Positions 26,817 through 40,996 of a DNA stretch of 64,000 bases are shown in pieces. A program made the translations under genes and the position numbers. Source of the stretch: Escherichia coli (lineage in GTDB: Bacteria > Pseudomonadota > Gammaproteobacteria > Enterobacterales > Enterobacteriaceae); assembly GCF_050920415.1 (NCBI RefSeq), contig NZ_CP169309.1; one strand, written 5' to 3'. A model generated the notes under the pieces. The model ran no database searches and was not told the origin of the DNA. It was given only the letters and a program-made list of their open reading frames with translations. The number at the start of each line of letters is the position of its first letter. Positions within the stretch are counted from its first letter, which is position 1.

Positions 26817-28275
26817 ATTGTTGGTAAACGTAACGCCTTCGGAAACGCGAGTGGCGTATATTGATGGCGGTATTCTGCAGGAAATTCATATTGAACGTGA
26901 GGCGCGACGCGGAATAGTAGGCAATATCTACAAGGGTCGTGTAAGTCGTGTACTTCCGGGTATGCAGGCGGCTTTTGTAGATATTGGGCTGGATAAAGCC
27001 GCGTTTCTTCATGCATCCGACATCATGCCGCATACTGAGTGTGTGGCGGGTGAAGAGCAAAAGCAATTCACGGTGCGCGACATCTCGGAACTGGTCCGTC
27101 AGGGGCAAGATCTGATGGTGCAGGTGGTGAAAGATCCGCTTGGTACTAAAGGTGCGCGCCTGACCACCGATATCACTCTGCCATCTCGCTATCTGGTTTT
27201 TATGCCAGGTGCTTCTCATGTTGGGGTTTCCCAACGTATCGAAAGCGAATCCGAACGTGAACGCCTGAAAAAAGTGGTCGCAGAGTATTGCGACGAGCAG
27301 GGCGGGTTTATCATCCGTACAGCAGCGGAAGGGGTTGGCGAGGCTGAACTGGCTTCCGATGCCGCTTATCTGAAACGTGTCTGGACCAAAGTTATGGAGC
27401 GTAAAAAGCGCCCGCAGACCCGTTATCAGCTGTACGGCGAACTGGCGTTGGCGCAGCGTGTTCTGCGTGATTTCGCTGACGCCGAGCTGGACCGCATTCG
27501 CGTTGACTCGCGCCTGACTTACGAAGCATTGCTGGAGTTTACTTCGGAGTACATTCCCGAGATGACCAGCAAGCTGGAGCATTACACCGGACGCCAGCCG
27601 ATTTTCGATCTCTTTGATGTCGAAAACGAAATCCAGCGAGCGCTGGAACGCAAAGTAGAACTGAAATCCGGTGGTTATCTGATTATCGACCAGACCGAAG
27701 CGATGACCACCGTGGACATCAATACCGGAGCGTTTGTCGGTCATCGCAATCTGGACGACACCATTTTCAATACCAATATTGAAGCGACGCAGGCTATCGC
27801 TCGCCAGTTACGGTTGCGCAATCTGGGCGGGATTATCATTATTGATTTCATCGACATGAATAATGAAGATCACCGTCGCCGCGTGTTGCATTCGCTGGAG
27901 CAGGCGTTGAGCAAAGACCGGGTGAAAACCAGCGTTAATGGTTTTTCGGCGCTGGGGCTGGTGGAGATGACGCGTAAACGCACCCGCGAAAGCATTGAGC
28001 ACGTACTATGTAACGAATGCCCAACCTGCCACGGTCGCGGAACGGTGAAAACCGTGGAAACGGTATGCTATGAAATCATGCGCGAGATTGTTCGTGTACA
28101 CCATGCTTACGATTCCGACCGTTTCCTGGTCTATGCTTCTCCGGCAGTAGCCGAAGCCTTGAAAGGCGAAGAGTCACACTCGCTGGCGGAAGTGGAAATT
28201 TTCGTTGGCAAACAGGTTAAAGTACAAATTGAACCGCTCTATAACCAGGAGCAGTTTGACGTCGTAATGATGTAA
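26806..28275 (+). CDS. rng: ribonuclease G
   Basis: 489 aa from [32 protein letters not shown]; S1 domain and RNase E/G catalytic core; overlaps the yhdE 3' end by 11 nt. Confidence 0.95.
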
Positions 28276-28342
28276 ACAGATGCTGGGCCGCCATCCGGCA
28301 AAGGGTTTTTGAGTCACATTTTTAGCAGACAAGGAGTGACGG

Positions 28343-31300
28343 GTGAGGCGATTGCCGGGGATTTTACTGCTTACTGGAGCCGCGCTCGTTGTGATCGCTG
28401 CCCTGCTGGTTAGCGGCCTGCGTATTGCTTTACCGCATCTTGACGCCTGGCGTCCGGAAATCCTTAACAAAATAGAATCCGCGACTGGCATGCCGGTAGA
28501 AGCCAGTCAGCTCTCAGCCAGCTGGCAGAATTTTGGCCCGACGCTTGAAGCACACGACATCCGTGCAGAACTAAAAGATGGCGGCGAATTTTCGGTTAAA
28601 CGCGTTACGCTGGCGCTGGATGTCTGGCAAAGCCTGTTACATATGCGCTGGCAGTTTCGTGATCTCACTTTCTGGCAGCTGCGCTTTCGCACCAACACTC
28701 CTATCACCAGCGGTGGTGGTAATGATAGCCTGGAAGCCAGTCACATCAGCGATCTGTTTCTTCGTCAATTCGACCATTTCGATCTCCGTGACAGCGAAGT
28801 CAGTTTCCTGACGCCATCCGGTCAGCGTGCTGAGCTGGCGATTCCACAACTCACCTGGCTAAACGATCCACGTCGACACCGTGCGGAAGGCCAGGTAAGC
28901 CTCTCCAGCCTTACCGGACAGCACGGCGTGATGCAGGTGCGCATGGATCTGCGTGATGACGAAGGGCTGTTAAGCAACGGTCGTGTCTGGCTCCAGGCGG
29001 ATGACATCGACCTGAAGCCGTGGCTGGGTAAATGGATGCAGGACAATATTGCGCTGGAAACGGCACAGTTCTCCCTTGAAGGCTGGATGACGATCGATAA
29101 AGGCGATGTAACCGGCGGCGACGTCTGGCTGAAACAGGGCGGTGCCAGCTGGTTGGGTGAGAAGCAAACGCATACGCTGTCGGTGGATAATCTGACTGCG
29201 CACATTACGCGTGAAAATCCGGGCTGGCAGTTCTCTATTCCCGATACACGGATCACGATGGACGGTAAACCCTGGCCGAGTGGAGCATTGACGCTGGCCT
29301 GGATACCGGAACAGGACGTTGGCGGCAAAAACAATAAACGCAGTGACGAACTTCGGATTCGCGCCAGTAATCTGGAGTTGGCTGGACTGGAAGGCATACG
29401 CCCGCTGGCCGCGAAACTTTCACCTGCGTTGGGTGAGGTTTGGCGCGCCACACAACCGAGCGGCAAGATAAACACGCTGGCGCTGGATATCCCGCTTCAG
29501 GCAGCAGACAAGACCCGTTTTCAGGCATCGTGGAGCGATCTGGCCTGGAAGCAATGGAAATTATTGCCAGGTGCGGAACACTTCTCCGGGACGCTTTCCG
29601 GCAGCGTAGAAAATGGTTTGCTTACCGCGTCGATGAAACAGGCGAAGATGCCTTACGAAACGGTATTCCGTGCACCACTGGAAATCGCCGACGGCCAGGC
29701 AACTATAAGCTGGCTGAACAATGACAAAGGTTTCCAGCTGGATGGGAGTGATATTGACGTTAAAGCCAAAGCCGTCCATGCGCGCGGCGGTTTTCGTTAC
29801 CTGCAACCTGCTAACGATGAACCCTGGCTGGGTATTCTGGCTGGCATCAGTACCGATGATGGTTCACAAGCCTGGCGCTATTTCCCGGAAAACTTGATGG
29901 GTAAAGACCTGGTTGATTACTTAAGTGGCGCGATTCAGGGCGGTGAAGCGGATAACGCGACGCTGGTTTATGGTGGCAATCCGCAACTCTTCCCCTATAA
30001 ACACAACGAAGGTCAGTTTGAAGTGCTGGTGCCGCTGCGCAACGCGAAGTTTGCCTTCCAGCCGGACTGGCCTGCATTAACTAACCTTGATATTGAACTG
30101 GACTTTATTAACGACGGTTTATGGATGAAAACCGATGGCGTTAATCTGGGCGGCGTGCGCGCGAGTAATCTCACCGCAGTGATCCCTGACTACTCGAAAG
30201 AAAAACTGCTGATTGACGCTGAAATTAAAGGTCCGGGTAAAGCCGTTGGCCCTTACTTTGATGAGACACCGCTGAAAGATTCTCTGGGGGCGACCCTGCA
30301 AGAACTCCAGCTCGACGGCGATGTGAATGCTCGCTTACATCTTGATATCCCGCTGAACGGCGAACTGGTAACCGCGAAAGGTGATGTGACGCTGCGTAAT
30401 AACAGTCTGTTTATCAAACCACTCGACAGCACCCTGAAAAATTTGAGCGGTAAATTCAGCTTTATCAATGGCGATCTGCAAAGTGAACCACTGACAGCAA
30501 GCTGGTTTAATCAGCCGTTGAACGTGGATTTTTCCACCAAAGAAGGGGCAAAGGCCTACCAGGTCGCGGTGAATCTCAACGGTAATTGGCAACCAGCGAA
30601 AACCGGCGTTCTGCCTGCAGCGGTGAACGAAGCATTGAGTGGCAGCGTGGCGTGGGATGGTAAAGTGGGCATTGTTCTGCCTTATCATGCTGGCGCGACG
30701 TATAACGTAGAGCTAAACGGTGATCTGAAGAATGTGAGCAGTCACTTACCTTCACCGTTAGCCAAACCCGCTGGCGAATCGCTGCCGGTTAACATTAAGG
30801 TCGATGGCAACCTCAATAGCTTTGAATTAACCGGACAGGCTGGTGCGGATAACCATTTCAATAGCCGCTGGTTGCTCGGTCAAAAGCTGACGCTCGACCG
30901 TGCTATTTGGGCGGCAGACAGTAAAACGCTCCCGCCGTTGCCGGAACAAAGTGGTGTTGAACTCAATATGCCGCCGATGAATGGTGCCGAGTGGCTGGCC
31001 CTGTTCCAGAAAGGTGCGGCGGAGAGTGTCGGTGGTGCAGCGAGTTTCCCACAACACATAACGTTACGTACGCCTATGTTGTCGCTGGGAAATCAGCAAT
31101 GGAATAACCTGAGTATTGTTTCGCAACCGACGGCAAATGGCACCCAGGTTGAGGCGCAAGGGCGTGAAATCAACGCCACGCTGGCGATGCGTAATAACGC
31201 GCCGTGGCTGGCGAATATCAAATATCTTTATTACAACCCGAGCGAGGCGAAAACTCGTGGTGATTCAACGCCGTCATCACCTTTCCCGACAACGGAGCGC

Positions 31301-32143
31301 ATTAACTTCCGTGGCTGGCCGGACGCACAAATACGATGCGCAGAGTGCTGGTTCTGGGGGCAAAAATTCGGTCGTATTGACAGTGATCTCACCATTTCTG
31401 GCGATACATTAACGCTGACCAATGGACTGATTGATACCGGTTTTTCGCGGCTCACTGCCGATGGTGAATGGGTTAACAATCCGGGAAATGAACGCACCTC
31501 GCTGAAAGGAAAACTGCGCGGGCAGAAAATTGATGCCGCCGCAGAATTTTTTGGTGTCACGACGCCCATACGCCAGTCGTCATTTAATGTGGATTACGAT
31601 TTACACTGGCGCAAAGCACCCTGGCAGCCAGATGAGGCGACGTTGAATGGCATCATTCATACTCAACTGGGTAAAGGCGAAATTACCGAAATCAATACCG
31701 GACATGCCGGGCAATTGCTGCGCTTATTGAGCGTAGATGCCCTGATGCGTAAGCTGCGTTTTGATTTCAGAGACACTTTTGGCGAAGGGTTCTATTTTGA
31801 CTCTATTCGCAGCACCGCGTGGATTAAAGACGGCGTTATGCACACCGACGACACGCTGGTGGATGGCCTGGAAGCGGACATCGCTATGAAAGGGTCGGTA
31901 AATCTGGTACGTCGCGACCTGAATATGGAAGCGGTTGTCGCACCAGAGATTTCTGCGACGGTGGGTGTGGCTGCGGCCTTTGCGGTTAACCCCATTGTTG
32001 GCGCGGCAGTGTTTGCCGCCAGTAAAGTGCTGGGGCCGCTGTGGAGCAAAGTCTCCATTTTGCGCTATCACATTTCGGGTCCGCTGGACGATCCGCAAAT
32101 CAACGAAGTGTTGCGCCAACCGCGTAAAGAAAAAGCGCAATGA
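28343..32143 (+). CDS. yhdP: large AsmA-like envelope protein (phospholipid transport)
   Basis: 1266 aa with N-terminal TM anchor MRRLPGILLLTGAALVVIAALLVSGL; follows rng. Confidence 0.93.
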   Translation: MRRLPGILLLTGAALVVIAALLVSGLRIALPHLDAWRPEILNKIESATGMPVEASQLSASWQNFGPTLEAHDIRAELKDGGEFSVKRVTLALDVWQSLLHMRWQFRDLTFWQLRFRTNTPITSGGGNDSLEASHISDLFLRQFDHFDLRDSEVSFLTPSGQRAELAIPQLTWLNDPRRHRAEGQVSLSSLTGQHGVMQVRMDLRDDEGLLSNGRVWLQADDIDLKPWLGKWMQDNIALETAQFSLEGWMTIDKGDVTGGDVWLKQGGASWLGEKQTHTLSVDNLTAHITRENPGWQFSIPDTRITMDGKPWPSGALTLAWIPEQDVGGKNNKRSDELRIRASNLELAGLEGIRPLAAKLSPALGEVWRATQPSGKINTLALDIPLQAADKTRFQASWSDLAWKQWKLLPGAEHFSGTLSGSVENGLLTASMKQAKMPYETVFRAPLEIADGQATISWLNNDKGFQLDGSDIDVKAKAVHARGGFRYLQPANDEPWLGILAGISTDDGSQAWRYFPENLMGKDLVDYLSGAIQGGEADNATLVYGGNPQLFPYKHNEGQFEVLVPLRNAKFAFQPDWPALTNLDIELDFINDGLWMKTDGVNLGGVRASNLTAVIPDYSKEKLLIDAEIKGPGKAVGPYFDETPLKDSLGATLQELQLDGDVNARLHLDIPLNGELVTAKGDVTLRNNSLFIKPLDSTLKNLSGKFSFINGDLQSEPLTASWFNQPLNVDFSTKEGAKAYQVAVNLNGNWQPAKTGVLPAAVNEALSGSVAWDGKVGIVLPYHAGATYNVELNGDLKNVSSHLPSPLAKPAGESLPVNIKVDGNLNSFELTGQAGADNHFNSRWLLGQKLTLDRAIWAADSKTLPPLPEQSGVELNMPPMNGAEWLALFQKGAAESVGGAASFPQHITLRTPMLSLGNQQWNNLSIVSQPTANGTQVEAQGREINATLAMRNNAPWLANIKYLYYNPSEAKTRGDSTPSSPFPTTERINFRGWPDAQIRCAECWFWGQKFGRIDSDLTISGDTLTLTNGLIDTGFSRLTADGEWVNNPGNERTSLKGKLRGQKIDAAAEFFGVTTPIRQSSFNVDYDLHWRKAPWQPDEATLNGIIHTQLGKGEITEINTGHAGQLLRLLSVDALMRKLRFDFRDTFGEGFYFDSIRSTAWIKDGVMHTDDTLVDGLEADIAMKGSVNLVRRDLNMEAVVAPEISATVGVAAAFAVNPIVGAAVFAASKVLGPLWSKVSILRYHISGPLDDPQINEVLRQPRKEKAQ

Positions 32144-32199
32144 TTTGACGAGGGCGCGTAATTGCCCCAATCTCATATGATAATCGTTGCCAAAGGCCA

Positions 32200-32255
32200 A
32201 CGAGCCGGAACATAACCGTAGGCCGGATAGGGCGTTCACGCCGCATCCGGCAGCC
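32200..32255. repeat. REP (repetitive extragenic palindromic) element
   Basis: GCCGGATAGGGCGTTCACGCCGCATCCGGC, a typical REP consensus, between yhdP and tldD. Confidence 0.75.
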
Positions 32256-32283
32256 GTAAAAAATCCTCTACTGCAGTAACTAA

Positions 32284-33744
<1,461 letters not shown>

Positions 33745-33754
33745 TCTATCCAGG

Positions 33755-33822
33755 CAGGTAAGCGCCGCATCAGGCATTGGTTGCCGGATGCGGCATAAAC
33801 GCCTTATCCGGCCTCCGCACAT
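33755..33822. repeat. REP element between convergent tldD and aaeR
   Basis: GCCGCATCAGGCATTGGTTGCCGGATGCGGCATAAACGCCTTATCCGGCC. Confidence 0.75.
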
Positions 33823-33825
33823 GAA

Positions 33826-34755
33826 CTACTTCTCTTTCCCGCGCCCGTGCATCTCCTGAAACAATTTACCGACCTCAACAAAATAATCCGTTAGCGAGTT
33901 GATCACGACTTGTACCTTCAGCGGCAGCTTATCTTTTTCGGTATATAACGCATAAACCGGGCGTGGATCTGACTGGTAACGTGGTAGCAGGATCTCGAGT
34001 TCCCCGCGATTGATCTCGTTGATCACCCACATCAGCGGCACGTAGGCGATCCCAGCGCCTGCAGTCAGCCAGCGCACCAGCGTCATCGGATCATTAGTCA
34101 CAAATCTCCCTTGCGGGATCAGGCGAGTCGAGATCCCTTCCGGTGCGATCAGTTCAAATTCATTGTCGGGTCGCACGCTGTATTCAAGCCATGAGTGACT
34201 ACTTAAATCGGCGGGTTTTTCCGGTATGCCGTATTGTGTGAGATAACTTTTTGCGGCGCACACCACCATTGGCATCGCGCCCAGACGGCGGGAAAACAGG
34301 CTGGAATCTTGCAACGCGCCGACGCGGATCACCACATCCAGACCGTCGGCAATCAGGTCGGGGGCAGGAATTCCGGTAACCAGATTAACGCTCAAACCTG
34401 GGTATTCTTTCAGCATCTTGGCTGTTAGCCCGGCGAGAACATTTTGTGCCATAGTTGAAGAACAGCCAATGCGCAGCGTCCCGATGGGGGTGTTATTGAA
34501 GGCATACAGTTGCTCATGAACATCCTGCACTTCATGAAGCATCCGACGGCAGCCCTGGTAGTAAATTCTACCGGCTTCGGTCAGGCCAATGCTGCGTGTG
34601 CTACGGTTTAACAGCTTTACCTGCAACTCATCTTCCAGTTTTGACACCGTCTGACTGATGGACGAAACGCTCATCTGTAGCTGTCTGGCGGCGGCGGTAA
34701 AAGAGCCAAATTCAACTACTTTGGCAAACACCGACATGCGTTTTAGTCGTTCCAT
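33826..34755 (-). CDS. aaeR: LysR-family transcriptional activator of aaeXAB
   Basis: 309 aa with N-terminal LysR HTH (MERLKRMSVFAKVVEFGSFTAAARQLQMSVSSISQTVSKLEDELQVKLL); divergent from aaeX. Confidence 0.92.
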   Translation of the reverse strand: MERLKRMSVFAKVVEFGSFTAAARQLQMSVSSISQTVSKLEDELQVKLLNRSTRSIGLTEAGRIYYQGCRRMLHEVQDVHEQLYAFNNTPIGTLRIGCSSTMAQNVLAGLTAKMLKEYPGLSVNLVTGIPAPDLIADGLDVVIRVGALQDSSLFSRRLGAMPMVVCAAKSYLTQYGIPEKPADLSSHSWLEYSVRPDNEFELIAPEGISTRLIPQGRFVTNDPMTLVRWLTAGAGIAYVPLMWVINEINRGELEILLPRYQSDPRPVYALYTEKDKLPLKVQVVINSLTDYFVEVGKLFQEMHGRGKEK

Positions 34756-34937
34756 TATTCACTCTGACTTAAAAGTGATTTAGATCACATAATATAGATA
34801 ACAGCATAACAGTTACGTTAATATATTAAATATCAATCTACAGCAATGTTGCTCTCGCCCGGCTTTCCATGCCCTTCTCTGCGGCGACAGATGCTGAAAA
34901 TAATAACGCCTGCTCTCTCTATACAACCAAGGTCAAC

Positions 34938-35141
34938 ATGAGTCTGTTTCCCGTTATCGTGGTGTTTGGGCTGTCCTTCCCACCGATATTTTTCGAATTG
35001 CTTTTATCACTGGCGATTTTCTGGCTGGTGCGCCGGGTACTTGTGCCAACAGGTATCTACGACTTTGTCTGGCATCCGGCGTTGTTCAACACCGCGCTCT
35101 ATTGCTGCTTGTTTTATTTGATATCGCGACTGTTCGTTTGA
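34938..35141 (+). CDS. aaeX: small membrane protein AaeX
   Basis: 67 aa, [67 protein letters not shown]; track ORF is extended upstream. Confidence 0.9.
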
Positions 35142-35148
35142 GGTTGAA

Positions 35149-36081
35149 GTGAAAACACTAATAAGAAAATTCTCCCGTACGGCCATCACGGTCGTATTAG
35201 TCATTCTGGCCTTCATCGCAATTTTTAATGCCTGGGTCTATTACACCGAATCCCCGTGGACGCGTGACGCGCGCTTTAGCGCTGACGTCGTTGCGATCGC
35301 GCCGGACGTTTCTGGACTCATTACCCAGGTGAATGTTCATGATAACCAGCTGGTGAAAAAAGGACAGGTACTGTTCACCATCGACCAGCTGCGTTATCAA
35401 AAGGCGCTTGAGGAAGCGCAAGCCGATGTTGCTTATTATCAGGTACTGGCACAGGAGAAACGCCAGGAGGCCGGACGTCGTAACCGTCTCGGTGTGCAGG
35501 CGATGTCTCGCGAAGAGATCGATCAGGCCAACAACGTACTACAAACGGTTCTGCATCAGTTAGCGAAAGCGCAGGCGACCCGCGATCTGGCAAAACTGGA
35601 TCTTGAACGCACGGTGATCCGCGCGCCAGCAGATGGCTGGGTGACCAACCTCAACGTCTATACCGGTGAGTTTATTACCCGTGGATCAACGGCGGTTGCG
35701 CTGGTGAAACAGAACTCCTTCTATGTACTGGCCTATATGGAAGAAACTAAGCTGGAAGGGGTGCGCCCTGGGTATCGTGCAGAGATCACGCCGCTTGGCA
35801 GTAACAAAGTGCTGAAAGGGACTGTTGATAGTGTTGCTGCTGGGGTCACCAACGCCAGCAGCACGCGTGACGACAAAGGGATGGCGACCATCGACTCTAA
35901 CCTTGAATGGGTGCGTTTGGCGCAACGTGTTCCGGTTCGTATTCGTCTCGACAACCAGCAAGAGAACATCTGGCCTGCGGGCACCACTGCTACAGTGGTG
36001 GTCACTGGCAAACAAGATCGCGACGAAAGCCAGGATTCGTTCTTCCGTAAAATGGCCCATCGCCTGCGTGAGTTTGGTTAA
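35149..36081 (+). CDS. aaeA: p-hydroxybenzoic acid efflux pump, membrane fusion subunit
   Basis: 310 aa, HlyD-like, with N-terminal TM segment. Confidence 0.93.
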
Positions 36082-36086
36082 TCACG

Positions 36087-38043
36087 ATGGGTATTTTCTC
36101 CATTGCTAACCAACATATTCGCTTTGCGGTAAAACTGGCGACCGCCATTGTACTGGCGCTGTTTGTTGGCTTTCACTTCCAGCTGGAAACGCCACGCTGG
36201 GCGGTACTGACAGCGGCGATTGTTGCCGCCGGTCCGGCCTTTGCTGCGGGAGGTGAACCGTATTCTGGCGCTATTCGCTATCGTGGCTTTTTGCGCATCA
36301 TCGGCACATTTATTGGCTGTATTGCCGATCATTGCGATGATCCGCGCACCATTATTGATGATTCTGGTGTGCTGTATTTGGGCCGGTTTTTGTACCTGGA
36401 TTTCCTCGCTGGTACGAATAGAAAACTCCTATGCGTGGGGGTTGGCTGGTTATACCGCGCTGATCATTGTGATTACCATTCAGCCGGAACCGCTTCTTAC
36501 GCCGCAGTTTGCCGTCGAACGTTGTAGCGAGATCGTTATCGGTATTGCGTGTGCAATTATGGCGGATTTGCTCTTTTCTCCGCGATCGATCAAACAAGAA
36601 GTGGATCGAGAGCTGGAAAGTTTGCTGGTCGCGCAATATCAATTAATGCAACTCTGTATCAAGCATGGCGATGGTGAAGTTGTCGATAAAGCCTGGGGCG
36701 ATCTTGTGCGACGCACCACGGCGTTACAAGGTATGCGCAGCAACCTGAATATGGAATCTTCCCGCTGGGCGCGGGCCAATCGACGTTTAAAAGCGATCAA
36801 TACGCTATCGCTGACGCTGATTACCCAATCCTGCGAAACTTATCTTATTCAGAATACGCGCCCGGAATTGATCACTGATACTTTCCGCGAATTTTTTGAC
36901 ACGCCGGTAGAAACCGCGCAGGACGTCCACAAGCAGCTCAAACGCCTGCGGAGAGTTATCGCCTGGACCGGGGAACGGGAAACGCCTGTCACCATTTATA
37001 GCTGGGTCGCGGCGGCAACGCGTTATCAGCTTCTCAAGCGCGGCGTTATCAGTAACACAAAAATCAACGCTACTGAAGAAGAGATCCTGCAAGGCGAACC
37101 GGAAGTCAAAGTAGAGTCAGCCGAACGTCATCATGCGATGGTTAACTTCTGGCGAACCACACTTTCCTGCATTCTGGGGACGCTTTTCTGGCTGTGGACG
37201 GGCTGGACTTCCGGCAGTGGTGCAATGGTGATGATTGCGGTAGTGACGTCACTGGCAATGCGTTTGCCGAATCCACGCATGGTGGCGATCGACTTTATTT
37301 ATGGGACGCTGGCGGCGCTGCCGTTAGGGCTACTCTACTTTTTGGTGATTATCCCTAATACCCAACAAAGCATGTTATTGCTGTGTATTAGCCTGGCAGT
37401 GCTGGGATTCTTCCTTGGCATTGAAGTACAGAAACGGCGATTGGGCTCGATGGGGGCGCTGGCCAGCACCATAAACATTATCGTGCTGGATAACCCGATG
37501 ACTTTCCATTTCAGTCAGTTTCTCGACAGCGCATTAGGGCAAATCGTCGGCTGTGTGCTCGCGTTCACCGTTATTTTGCTGGTGCGGGATAAATCGCGCG
37601 ACAGGACTGGACGTGTACTGCTTAATCAGTTTGTTTCTGCCGCTGTTTCCGCGATGACTACCAATGTGGCACGTCGTAAAGAGAATCACCTCCCGGCACT
37701 TTATCAGCAGCTGTTTTTGCTGATGAATAAGTTCCCAGGGGATTTGCCGAAATTTCGCCTGGCACTGACGATGATTATCGCGCACCAGCGCCTGCGTGAT
37801 GCGCCGATCCCGGTTAACGAGGATTTATCGGCGTTTCACCGGCAAATGCGCCGCACAGCAGACCATGTGATATCTGCCCGTAGCGATGATAAACGTCGTC
37901 GGTACTTTGGCCAGTTGCTGGAAGAACTGGAAATCTACCAGGAAAAGCTACGCATCTGGCAAGCGCCACCGCAGGTGACGGAACCAGTACATCGGCTTAC
38001 GGGTATGCTCCATAAGTATCAACATGCGTTGACCGATAGTTAA
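36087..38043 (+). pseudogene. aaeB: p-hydroxybenzoic acid efflux pump subunit AaeB, apparently frameshifted near 36327
   Basis: Recognisable AaeB sequence is split between a 146-aa frame-1 ORF (36087..36527) and a 607-aa frame-2 ORF (36220..38043). The span is 1957 nt, not a multiple of 3, versus ~1968 nt expected for the 655-aa protein I recall, so an ~11-bp deletion after ...TFIGCIA is likely. Confidence 0.75.
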
Positions 38044-38046
38044 GTC

Positions 38047-38076
38047 AAAACCGACGCCAAAAGCGTCGGTTTTTTC
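38047..38076 (+). terminator. rho-independent terminator after aaeB
   Basis: AAAACCGACGCCAAAAGCGTCGGTTTTTTC: hairpin plus T-run. Confidence 0.8.
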
Positions 38077-38134
38077 ATGGCTATACTTAGCAATGAACGG
38101 CAGAACTCGCCGCGAAACGTGACGGTGGCAACAG

Positions 38135-38407
38135 ATGAATATTTATACCTTTGATTTTGATGAGATTGAGAGTCAGGAGGATTTTTATCGCGACTTTAGC
38201 CAAACCTTTGGTCTGGCAAAAGATAAAGTACGCGATCTCGACTCTCTATGGGATGTGTTAATGAACGATGTCCTGCCGCTACCACTTGAGATTGAATTTG
38301 TTCATCTGGGAGAGAAAACGCGTCGCCGTTTTGGCGCGTTAATATTGCTGTTTGATGAGGCAGAGGAAGAGCTGGAAGGGCATTTGCGTTTTAATGTTCG
38401 TCATTAG
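38135..38407 (+). CDS. yhcO: barstar-like ribonuclease inhibitor family protein
   Basis: 90 aa, [90 protein letters not shown]; barstar-like by recall. Confidence 0.85.
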   Translation: MNIYTFDFDEIESQEDFYRDFSQTFGLAKDKVRDLDSLWDVLMNDVLPLPLEIEFVHLGEKTRRRFGALILLFDEAEEELEGHLRFNVRH

Positions 38408-38410
38408 CGC

Positions 38411-38435
38411 AAAAAAAAGCCCCCGAACCGGGGGC
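38411..38435. terminator. bidirectional hairpin terminator between yhcO and yhcN
   Basis: AAAAAAAAGCCCCCGAACCGGGGGC. Confidence 0.7.
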
Positions 38436-38462
38436 AATATCGTCGGACAAGACGATGAGGGT

Positions 38463-38726
38463 TTATTTGTACAGTTCAGCCGTAGCGTGCCAGGTGTCAC
38501 CGCTACGAGCTTCAGTAATCTGGTAGGCCGTTGCGCCTTTCTCTTCCGCTTTTTTGTTCAGCATTTCACGCATATCCATTGGCGAAGACGCCACACCACT
38601 TACGGATACGGTCCCGATTGCTTCACGATTTTGTGCTTGTGCAGCATCAATGGAGTCGGCAGCGAATGCACCGAAAGAGAGAACAGAAAGTACGCTTAAT
38701 GCAGCAACAGTGGTTTTGATTTTCAT
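38463..38726 (-). CDS. yhcN: small periplasmic stress-induced protein (DUF1471/YhcN family)
   Basis: 87 aa from MKIKTTVAALSVLSVLSFGAFA (signal peptide); track ORF is extended upstream. Confidence 0.85.
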   Translation of the reverse strand: MKIKTTVAALSVLSVLSFGAFAADSIDAAQAQNREAIGTVSVSGVASSPMDMREMLNKKAEEKGATAYQITEARSGDTWHATAELYK

Positions 38727-39090
38727 GATTTTTACCTCGACATAATCTTTTAGCTGGGCCTTTGTTTCGTGACCCATATCACAAAATCAAGTATACACTA
38801 ATTATTGAACTAATTAATACCACGCTAACTGTTTCAGTTGATACTAAGTGTTAAAAGTGTGAGTTTTAATAACAAAAAAGAATTAAAAACACGGTTATTT
38901 ATTATTAATTCTATTATTTTCAATTAGATAATGAATTTTGCATAATGTGCTTTTTTTAACTCATGTATTCATTATGTGAATGATATGTCGCGTTAAAACG
39001 CACTATTCGTTAAATTAATCGTAGGAGAAAGCAGGGGGATGAGAGGGAAAAGCAACATTTTCCCCGCCGCCAGAAGCGACGGGGCAGAGA

Positions 39091-39564
<474 letters not shown>

Positions 39565-39591
39565 TCACCCGATATGGTGGTTGATACAACA

Positions 39592-39630
39592 TTATTGTGC
39601 ATACAGATGAATTTTTATGCAAACAGTCAG
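39592..39630 (-). promoter_or_regulatory. putative ARG boxes (ArgR autoregulation) in the argR promoter
   Basis: On the argR strand: TTTGCATAAAAATTCATCTGTATGCACAATAAT, resembling the TGAAT-w4-ATTCA ARG-box consensus; assignment by eye. Confidence 0.4.
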
Positions 39631-39920
39631 CCCTGAAGAAGGCTGAAATAATGTTATGAAAGAGCGGGATTTTATCAAATTTCGTTATTGAGAAACATGC
39701 CTGCGTCACGGCATGCAAATTCTGCTTAAAAGTAAATTAATTGTTATCAAATTGATGTTGTTTTGGCTGAACGGTAGGGTATATTGTCACCACCTGTTGG
39801 AATGTTGCGCTAATGCATAAGCGACTGTTAATTACGTAAGTTAGGTTCCTGATTACGGCAATTAAATGCATAAACGCTAAACTTGCGTGACTACACATTC
39901 TTGAGATGTGGTCATTGTAA

Positions 39921-40934
<1,014 letters not shown>

Positions 40935-40950
40935 TTGATTAGCGGATAAT

Positions 40951-40985
40951 AAAAAACCGGAGCACAGACTCCGGTTTTTTGTTTT
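40951..40985. terminator. bidirectional rho-independent terminator between mdh and degS
   Basis: AAAAAACCGGAGCACAGACTCCGGTTTTTTGTTTT: A-run, stem, T-run. Confidence 0.85.
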
Positions 40986-40996
40986 GAGCGCACGAC

